Shown here in pieces: positions 27,657-37,439 of a stretch of DNA of 64,000 nucleotides. The first letter of the stretch is position 1. Each line of letters starts with the position of its first letter. The notes beneath the pieces were generated by a model, which worked only from the letters and a program-made list of their open reading frames with translations, was not told where the DNA came from and ran no database searches. Origin of the DNA: Lingula anatina (taxonomy: Eukaryota > Animalia > Brachiopoda); contig CM120640.1 in NCBI GenBank assembly GCA_051362555.1, positions 28,792,503 through 28,856,502 of the forward strand, in the 5' to 3' direction. The translations under genes and the position numbers were made by a program.

Positions 27657-29099
27657 GGATAAATAATAAGGTTTGTATTTGACTGTAAAAGGAAAGCTAA
27701 CAAAAGCAAGCTATAAACTGTTAAATTGGTCAAAGATATTGGTAACTCAAAATAGACTGTTTGTGAAAGAAATGTCTTTAACAGTGCCTGGCAGTATGGA
27801 TTTGTTTTCATATTTGTATTACACAAATAATATTTTTTAACTGAAAGTTTTTTTTTGCATTTCAGATGCTAAAAACAGATGAGAAAAGGCATGACTCGTA
27901 GATGGTCCAGTTTGATGAATGGTTCTGTAGAAAAAGACAAAGAAAAACAACAATCAAAATTCATATTTGAACTTTAAAAAAAGTGTCAGGTATCTAAGAT
28001 GAAATCAGGTATGCATAAAATGCAGTGTTATTGACCAAATGCACAAAGTGTTATACTGTCTTTCAGAAAAAGTTATTAGCAAGTTTCACAACTGAGGTCC
28101 TTCACTTGGTGTAATATTTTTTCTGTGATAAACTAATGAAAATGAAAGTTGGTGTGGAGGAAACTTGATTTGGTAATTGTTACAATGTAGGTGATGCACT
28201 AGTAGAATTTTCTTTAATCAATCACACACAAGGTGCTCTTAAAATTAGAAAGTAGGATCAAAATTGAATTATTGCTTGTCAAGGATAGGCTTGCTGTCTT
28301 CGTTTTATAGTGTAACCACCAAAAAGTTTTTCAGTACATCTATTTGTAACTTCAGCCTACCTTTACGGTTATATTGAAAAAAAAACAATGTAGACTTACT
28401 TCGTGACTTGTATTGTACATATGTCAATTAACTTGTAAAGATAGTGATTCTGATTATTTTGATGTATTCATTCTAATTAATGTAAATATTGTATCCTGAA
28501 TTAATATTAACAATGTTTGTTTACAACTACTTGTAGTGAGGGTATTTTATATTTAGGAGTGTTTCTAACGTAAACTAAAAGCTGAAACGTTTGCAGCCAC
28601 ATGTTTTCAAGGTTGAAAAAAATGCAATTCAAATATAACTTAGTATGATGTTTTTCACATTCCGAGTTTTGAATTCAATTGTGTAATCATACTGCGGGAC
28701 GTTTTTTTTTTCACTATGAACAAGGAGTTATAACTCCTTGCTCTGACCAAGGTTCTTTATTTTGATCTAAAAGTAATTCTGCACTCTTAAGTAAAATTAC
28801 ATGCCTGGTAAGGTATTTGGCACATTTTAGGTGGAATCTTACATTGTGCAACACGTAAGTCAAAAGAAACTATTTTGACGATAAAACTAAAACCGATTTT
28901 TGCACGCAGTCAAAATCAATAATAATAATTGTTACTAGTGCTCAAACATTTATTCACTGAGGCAATCAATACACTGTAAGTGTAAGAGTACAAAGGGGAT
29001 AACTTAACATGATCTTGCCTTAGCGACATTCAATGTCGGCCTCATCGCAGACCGAGACACAAAATCCCAGAATTGTGTCCCAGAGAACAACCCGAGACA

Positions 29100-32000
29100 T
29101 CAGTTATACAGAGCCATGAAGTCACGAAGCACCTTGGCGAGATCCCTGGCGTAAGTAGGACGGCGACGATCTGTGCGTAGATGGACAGGAGATTCAACCT
29201 GAATGCTATCGATCTTTCCACTAAATCGAGAACCATAAGTCATGGTAGAATACCCCCCTGTGAAATAGGCCGCGCGTCCAGGGGCCCTGATACCCGGGGA
29301 GGGAACCGCCCTATATCCCCTTCTGTTGAGTAATCTGCCCAAGCTGTAGTCGCCGCGGAGTAGATGGTCAAAAGTAACGTAATCACGCAAGGAGTTGTAG
29401 AGCGATCTGATGGAGGAAAATTGTGGAATTGCATTATTTTCATTCAGTCTTCTTGTTGAGACGAGGTAGCCCAATTCAATCCAACGATTGGGATGACTTT
29501 GACCATGAATGTCAATGAACAGACCAGCACCTCTAATGCGGCCATACGCTTCTCTGATAAATGAGTGGTATTCTCTGTACGCCTTCATGGCATTCGGTAC
29601 ACCAAATGCTGCCTCGTTCACTGATCGGTTGGGGTCCATTTTCACTGGAACATAAAGAAAAGGGACAAATCTATCAGGGAACTGGGACGTTTTTACTGCC
29701 ATTGCACAAATGTAGTTAACGTTTTTAATTAAATTAAAATGCCAATAATATTATACTTCTTGCACCCATCAAGATCAAGTGATTTATCTTGGCTGCTGTC
29801 TGTGAATTTAAAAAGTATGTTATTACAGTTTGTTGTAGAAAATTATTTTCGTTCCCGAGGGCCATGTTAATTTTTTGAGGAAAAAGCCGCAGAGGCAGAG
29901 CAATTGAATCCCGGAACGCTTTCAAGGGGGTGGCGCCATATCAACTGGTTCAAAATGCGCCCTTAATTTTATCTTATATACAGTGTCGCGGTTCAGTCAA
30001 AAAGGTCCTACTTAAAACCTCAGAAAGCAATAAAAATGATATTTCGGCTGATTAGGACAAAATTATGACTGTTCAGGGTTGTGAACAGTTATTTAATTAA
30101 TCATCATTGTTATCATCATTATTATTTCATTTTTTTTCCTTTCGCTTAAATGATAAAAAATAAGGCGGCTCGTGCTTTGTCTTATTATGAATAAATCCCC
30201 AAGTATCAGTTAGCGATCATTCATCACAACACTTTCTGCAACCTAACTGTTGACCCTTTTCATGTGTCTGTCGTTATAATGGCCTTCTTGTGACAACTTC
30301 TGTGACTTGTGACAATAACATTGCGCGCATGACATTTCCGTGTAACAATAGCCGTCTTTCATGTGTTGCAATTGGTTACTAACTTACAAAACAGATTGAT
30401 GTTTTTCCTTCTCTCAGTTCTATGTAATATTCTATAATTATATTCACAAACTTACCATCTTACCATATATATATTAGGCCCCGTTCAGAAGAGGGGACTA
30501 ATTAGTCCGAGGGTCAAACATGGCGACCACTACAAAGCTTGTCGTCTAATCCGCTAATATACACTAAATACAGGTAGATATCCAGCGGGGAAGTATTCAA
30601 GTGGGTTTTCCACATTTGTTCCTCGGACTTGTTTGTCTCCTATTCTGAATGGGGTCTTAGATAAGTGAGAGTCACTGATCCCCCCCCCCCCCCCAAAAAA
30701 AAAAAAAAAAAAAAAAAGTGAACTTTGGGTCATGTCAGTCACGGTCAGTGTAATATTTGCATTTTAACTGTTTAATATCACTTTTTTAATTACTGTTGAT
30801 TTTTTTTCCATATTAGAAAGTGCTATAGTATAAAAAGCGAAAATAATGTGGCAAGTCATTTTGCAAAAGTAACTCAAAATGTGTGCTTCACTGACTTGAC
30901 CTAAATGTTCACTTTCTTGACAGTGGAATGAGCCATGAAATCAAATAAAGTAACAATATACTGCTGTTTATTTATACTGGCTATGACAAAAAAATTACAT
31001 ATTACCTCTGTGTAGATTGCTGATGATTAAGTGTGGCTTGATGCCGGTTAGTTGCTCCATGTTCTCCCAAACACGTATAGCCAAGTCTCTGGTATTTGTA
31101 TCTCTTGCAGTGTTTGCCTGGCATCGGGACACATCCGGGAACCCACACGAATGGCGCCAGACACACCTGGAGCCGTCCCAACAGCCGGCGACCCTATCCG
31201 GCATACTTCTTGGTTTGAGGTAACCACCATGGGGTGCAGCTATTATTAATCTGCTATTGGGATCACCTAAGAGGAAAGAATAATTTAAATACATTAAAAC
31301 GAAATAATTGAAGAAACGGAAGGGATGATAATAGTTTTTTTTTTTTTATGGGAAAGTTGCTATCCCAAATCGATCGAATTTTATAACGGTTTATTACATT
31401 GGACAAATACTTTTAACCTAGTAAGTAAGCACGGCATCAGTGAAGGACGGGATGAATTTCTAAAAAAAAAATGAATCAATGATATTTTAAAGAAAACGGC
31501 AGTGAAAAATTCTGCCCAGTCCTATATTCACCAAAATTTTTGACGTCCAAAATCCTAATATGTTACGTTAGTTTCAACGTTTTCGCAGCTATTCTCAGTT
31601 GTGATTTCTGTGCATTTTTTCAGCCATTCCAATTGTAAATTTAACGATTGAAAACACGAATACGCCTAAGTATTCCAACCCAACTCAACTGTTTTTAAAC
31701 ATTTAAAAGATAAAGTTTTGAAACGTTTTAAACGGCTGCAAACGTGGCGCCTACTTAAGTTACCTTAGCTGAATGCTAAATAGTAGCGTGTGGGGAAAGG
31801 TTAAGTGTTAGACCTACCTCTGCTAATTTACATGCAAAAGAAGTAAGAATTTGTAAAAAAATTGATGTAATCTGGGGATATAGTCAAATGTTTTTTGAAG
31901 TAACAATAAGCGATTTATGGACGTTACACGTGTGACATAACACCGTTTAAGTTTCAAATGGGCTTACACATCTCGCGCCACGTGAGGATAAGAGTAGGTT

Positions 32001-32327
32001 TTTTTAGTAAACAGCCCAATTTTCCTTCAGAGAAAGGCACAATAGGTAATATTAAATATCAAAATAGATAGATTTGTCATAAAAATGAATGAGGTGAAGT
32101 TGGCATAAAACATTTTGGGTAAAGTATCGTAAAAAACGATCAAACTGTTTCTAAAAAACATTTTGCAGCAAAAGTTCATCTTTGCATTAAACATTTATAC
32201 TTAACGTTGAAACTTAACATTTACCTGGGAAGTACTCCACGTAACCGAACGTCCCTTGCAACATTGTTATCACACTAACACCATTACAAAATATAATAAG
32301 CAAAAGTGTAATAGAATAGCAAGACAT
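29100..32327 (-). CDS. Secreted N-formylglutamate amidohydrolase-like (Zn-dependent exopeptidase fold) protein, paralogue A, 302 aa
   Basis: Exons 32327-32225 (MSCYSITLLLIIFCNGVSVITMLQGTFGYVEYFP, signal-peptide-like), 31266-31006, 29644-29100; 909 nt in frame. Motifs IIAAPHGG, RDTNT, NLHRVKMDPNR, FIDIHGQSH, IELGY, AVPSP, YFTGGYST, IQVESP resemble the FGase/HutG-like family. Confidence 0.8.
30477..30656. mobile_element. MITE family 2, full copy (PIF/Harbinger Tourist-like), in intron 2 of paralogue A
   Basis: ~36-bp imperfect TIRs: left GGCCCCGTTCAGAAGAGGGGACTAATTAGTCCGAGG; right end reverse-complemented GACCCCATTCAGAATAGGAGACAAACAAGTCCGAGG. Flanked by TTA/TTA, the typical PIF/Harbinger target duplication. 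Confidence 0.85.
30668..30934. mobile_element. MITE-like inverted-repeat element (family 3) with a poly-C/poly-A expansion in its left arm
   Basis: 30715-30739 AAAGTGAACTTTGGGTCATGTCAGT pairs with 30890-30915 (reverse complement AAAGTGAACATTTAGGTCAAGTCAGT). Outer boundaries are approximate and no clear TSD was found. Confidence 0.6.
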
Positions 32328-33113
32328 TATCTCCAAGACTTCTTCAGCTTCAGGCCTTTGGAATCGGGATTGATCACACGGGACCGGGAAGATCCGAATG
32401 TATGCGCTTTGAGAGCGACAAACGAGTCAAGTCACGACAGGTACGAGTTGACAATTCATTAAATACTGTCTTTGTTTCTTTTCCTCGTTTTTATCAAACA
32501 TTTGCAATATTTTGCTAAGTTAAATCTCATAGGCCGGTTGCACAGGCTGTCAGGGACCACAGGATTGAAAAAAAGTGTTATTAGTATTTTTAAAACTTTC
32601 AGACATGATGTAGTATTAATTCAGTCAGTGAAAGGTTTGTCTGTTAAATTCACACAATGGAAGCCAAGTTGTATACGTAGCTTTAGGTAATTTTTCACAC
32701 CTAGCAGTTCAAATGTTAATGTCCTTTGTTTCAAGCTAGTAATCTGTTAGAGCTTGATTACATGGACTTGCGTCTGAAGTAACCAATCGGTTTATAAGTT
32801 AGGTGATCGACAATTTAATTGATAAAGTTTAGCATAAAATCTGTGAACAAATCTAGAGAGATATAGGCCCTACAGGAAGAGAGAGGTTATGCTTGTAACA
32901 TGTAACTTCTGGCTTAGAAAAATATATTCTGTTGAAGTTACAACATGGAGTCGTTTCATTCTTTTTCGTGTGCAGACATGGAACCTGGGAATCTCCGTAG
33001 CAGTTTTACAGATCGCGTTATCCAAAGATGTGAGCCCATTGTGCACAGTCCCTTGGGTTTTATTGTAAATAGTTAATTTTATGTTATGTGGGGCCCGGGA
33101 TAAGTAAAGTGAC

Positions 33114-33124
33114 CCCCCCCCCCC

Positions 33125-33155
<31 letters not shown>

Positions 33156-33160
33156 ACACA
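33114..33160. repeat. Poly-C tract followed by (CA)n
   Basis: Directly visible. Confidence 0.9.
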
Positions 33161-33167
33161 AGTAAAG

Positions 33168-33331
33168 CAGGGCGGATTTAGGGCGTCTTCTGGGTCTTCC
33201 GGACGGTCAGATTTTCAAGTTTACATTGTCGGGCATCTAATGTTTTCTGTCGGAAGACGGTCAAAAATGGAGAATGGATCAACAAAGATAATTTGGAAGA
33301 CTGTCAGAAAATATATCTGGATCCGCCCCTG
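33168..33331. mobile_element. Short non-autonomous DNA transposon with CAGGG(G)CGGAT termini (hAT-like MITE)
   Basis: Left CAGGGCGGATTTAG, right CTGGATCCGCCCCTG (inverted). No clean 8-bp TSD. Related half-termini near 46255 and 56698. Confidence 0.7.
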
Positions 33332-35131
33332 AACTGTAAAGGGAGGTTCCCCACAAGGCGTGCAGGTTTTTAGTGAAAACTCCTTAGGCTGAAACGGGCC
33401 CTGCATTTAACACCCCACCCACCAATAGTCTAGGTTGAAAAAACCGACGCCCAAAGTTTTGATCAAGCGTACGTGTTTTCATTAATCAAACGTTTAATGA
33501 TTATAGCTCTAAAATAATAACAAATGTATGAATAAATAAGCAATATCACTAGCTGAGGTCCTACCCTAAACAGATAGTTTAACTGATAGCGACTTGCTTG
33601 GAAAATCAGTCAAGACCCAATTATAGGCCTATATATTTGGTTTTTATTAGTCTCAACATATTGCTATCACTTGATAGTACTGCAGTAGGCCTACTAGTAT
33701 AATATTACTATATACATTAATAGTAGGGGCCTACTATATGCATTAATAGGCATGTGTTTTTCTGCTTTTAGTGACTGGCAGCCGCTGTCTGAATCGTCAC
33801 TTGCCCGTTGTTCGTTGGCCTGTACACGTCAGTGACATCAGATTATTGATAATGATACGTGTCATTATCATATGATTCATACTTACTGTACTTGTGGTTC
33901 ATTATTAGGTTTTTATTTGTTCGTCAGTTTTTACAACAACGACAACTTGCCTCGTCTCACCCTCAAATCCGGCTTTAGAGACCCTTTATTTATTGCGCAT
34001 CGGGTGAGAACCGATAAGGGAACATTAATTAATTATGGGATGCAATGCACTGTTCATTGAAAAAGATCATATACTAGTAGGCCTATGCTTTTTTTTTTTA
34101 ATGCCTTTAGACCTACATCTGTTACATCGTGGATAATTTTGCTTGGAGTATGTAACAAACATGAAAAATTAACGTCCTTTCAGTACTAATCGAAGCTAGC
34201 TGAAGTAAACTGTAGATGATCTTGTAAAAAGAACGTATACACATCAACTTGAATTTGTTAACTCAAACTTGCCTTCATTTCAAAGCAGCTGTATTGTATT
34301 ATGTGGAACCAAAACCGAGGCTTAGCTGCGGAATGGATTGTTTGATAAACAAATTCTTCTTGTTGCAGAGAACGGAAAACTTGTCACTGAGCGAAACGGG
34401 ATCTAACTATTTTTGACCATTTTTTATTGGTTTATTTGAGATCCAGTAGTCGTGTGTACCCCAGTAGTGTGATAAATTCGCCTTTAAACTTTGCCTTGGT
34501 AAGTTGAAGCTGGCGAATAATCTTCTTAACAAAGGTGTTCAGCTTCACAGTTGATGGATATGCCAAATGTTGTCTGCTGACCTAACGAGTACCGTACATG
34601 TAGATGTTACCTTGTAGACAAGGTCTCCTGGGAGCCATTTCCATTATTCTTGTCATTTTGATAGGGAATGATCATAAAGGTTGGTGGATAGGGACTTATA
34701 AGGGTCTGAATTGGTTCAGTTCACTCTTCACTCTCCGCTCTCTCCCACACAGACTACTGGTACTGTATATGATAAATTTATAACATGTTTACAAATTGTT
34801 TCCACTATTTGAGCTATAACATTAAATTTAAAACAGCCTGATTTTACTTTAAATAGGATGTGTAGCTGTGACTAGGGTTACGTAATCCGTTTAAAACTGA
34901 AAACATCTTGTAGAACTTGATTACATTTCTTTCTTATGAATAAAATACATTAACAGTTTTATGTTATGTTATTTTAACTGAGATGTGTTAACATTTCTTT
35001 ACCAAATATTGATATAATTTGATTTAAATTTGGAAGTTTCCAAAATATAATTTGGCCATGAAATAATCATTATGACAGCAGTACCGTTGAGAACTGCCCC
35101 ACTTATAGAATACTGGGATTGATTATTGTAT

Positions 35132-35240
35132 GGCCACATTCAGAACAGTGGACTAACTATTCAGAGGGTCAAATATGGCCGACCCACTTGAATACTCCCC
35201 CACGGGGAATCTATTAAGTGTCTATTAGAGGATTAGACAG
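35132..35240. mobile_element. MITE family 2, truncated copy in opposite orientation to 30477-30656
   Basis: GGCCACATTCAGAAC...ACCCACTTGAATACT...TATTAGAGGATTAGAC aligns with the reverse complement of 30656-30541. The second TIR is missing. Confidence 0.75.
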
Positions 35241-35354
35241 TAAGAAATGAAGAGTTCTACATAGTGACTGCTTCTAGGTTTTGGATGAAGTGTTTCAACA
35301 GTTATGAAAAAACTAAATATTAAAGCTTATGTCGTTCTCATTTCAGCGGAAGGG

Positions 35355-37017
35355 ATGAAGAAGAAGAAACAGCCACTGCCTGTCTCCCAGTCTTGTGAAG
35401 GTAGCACGGATAACTATGTGCAATATATTCCTGGTAAGAACATTAAAAGCGTGTTTCCATCCAAAGTAGGCTCATTTTATGAAGCTTTATTATGATAGTA
35501 AATGTCATAAACCATCAAAGTATTTTGTGATTTTTACAGACTGAATTTCAACACAAAGAAAAGGAACTGAACCTGAATGAAAAACAGTATCAGAACTATT
35601 TTAACATGCGATTGCTTTTTATTATTTATTGTTATTCATTTTTTTTTCAAGGAACTCTGAATTTAATACTCACAGCTCCCCATGGAGGCCATCTGAAGCC
35701 AAAGTACATCCCCAACCGCTGTGAGAAGAGGTGGAAAGATTGTGAATGCATGTACAGGTCTTGTGAAAACCCAGATCTTAGTATTAGTGTTCACAATGAC
35801 CGAAAAACACAGGAGCTCACTCTTAGTCTTGCGGAGGAGTTAGGAAAACTTACAGGTGGCAGACCTCATGTTGTCATAAATCATCTCCACAGAAGTAAGT
35901 TATGAAAGGAAAGTTTCAGACTTACTGGAGTTTGTTAACTTTTGTGTATTTATACTAATGTGGAGGTCATTCCTCTGGCTATACTGTATGAGTTAGTCAT
36001 CCAGTCATAATTAACATAAAACTCTCTTAAATCTATTATTGACTTAAAATTTTGTCTAGTTGACAGTATTGCGTCCCTCTCACAGAGACTGTAGATGGTC
36101 TACTGAGAATACTGGTGAAAATATTCTTAGAGGAAAATGCAATGTCATAAACTAGAACCAATGTTAAGGCCAGTAATAGATTTAAAAACTTTGTTTATGT
36201 CATTCTATGGTATTTATAGAAACTTGAGGGTGGGGGGGACTGGGTAGTTTATAGAGTAAAAAAAATTACTACTTAAAGAAGGGAAAACACTGTTTTACAA
36301 CTTGTGAAAGATTTGGTTTATTTATTTCTGTCATAGTTTTATATTTTCCAAATGGACAAGAAGTTATTTGTTCTTCATTGACTTACAAATTTCAGAAGCT
36401 GCTTACAGATTTTTTTCACAGAAGCTTGGTTTATAAAATCTTTCGTGTATTTGTTAATTGTAGAAAAGATGGACGGCAATAGAGGCGAGTGTATTGGTTC
36501 TTTCCATGTGCCAGCATCATTGAGAGCCCACAGACAGTACCATAGTACTATACAGAAAGCCAAACAGAGTATCCGTGGTGCAGGGCTGCTCATAGATATC
36601 CATGGCCAGGCCCATCCAGAGAGACTCATAGAACTTGGGTATTGTATTTCTAAAGCTAAACTCAATGCCAGAGAGCTTTACCATGAACATACGTCTATCA
36701 GATCTCTGTTTGAAAGGAAGAAGGACAAAGTACATACGTTCTCCAACTTGATCAATGGAGAAGCAAGCTTCGGAGCATTCCTGGAACAAATGGGTTACCC
36801 CGCTGTGCCATCAAATCTGCACCCATCACCAGAGGAGGCCCCATACTACCCTGGGGGCTTCACTGTACAGACCCATGGTTCCAAAAGTGGAGGTCTGATT
36901 GATGCTATACAAGTGGAGTGCCCGGCTTATCTTCGTGAAGATGAAAAAAGGGCCGGATTTGTTCATGATTTGGCAGTGGCCATAAAGTCTTACCTGGATG
37001 CCTACTATAATGACTGA
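35355..37017 (+). CDS. N-formylglutamate amidohydrolase-like protein, paralogue B (no signal peptide), 291 aa
   Basis: Exons 35355-35433 (MKKKKQPLPVSQSCEGSTDNYVQYIP), 35652-35894, 36464-37017; 876 nt in frame. Motifs ILTAPHGG, HNDRKT, NHLHRKKMDGNR, LIDIHGQAH, IELGY, AVPS, YYPGGFT, IQVECP. Same two phase-1 intron positions as paralogue A. Acceptor at 35346 and a candidate non-coding upstream exon ending at 34498. Confidence 0.8.
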
Positions 37018-37401
37018 TTAATCTGGACAAATGTTATAAATTTATTTTCAGTTGTTTTTCTTAAAGTTACTAACAGCATTGGCCCAGTTTGTCAGACATT
37101 TTAAGGACGTTGGGAGATTTCTATCTCTAACGGTGCTTTTTCTCTCAGTTGTTTTAAGTATTTTTCAAGTATTTTTTTATTTTGCGCTCCCAAATCTTGT
37201 TGAACTTCTGTAGACTGAAATCGTAACAGCTGAGATATGAGGTATTTCCCCCGTACTTGAAATTACTTGAACACCCCTACAGAATGAAAGCTGTGAACAA
37301 ATACAGGTTGTTTCTTTATAAATATTTACTTTTTTGTTGCATTGTTGTGATAAAATAATAAACATAAGTTTAAAGAAGATATGGAATGAGATTTTTGCCA
37401 T

Positions 37402-37407
<6 letters not shown>

Positions 37408-37437
<30 letters not shown>
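37408..37437. repeat. (TA)n microsatellite
   Basis: Directly visible. Confidence 0.95.

Positions 37438-37439
<2 letters not shown>

Noticed and set aside
30477-30607. Apparent internal rearrangement between the repeats at 30477 and 35132
   Set aside because: Explained by the element's TIRs: 35132-35240 is simply an inverted, truncated copy.
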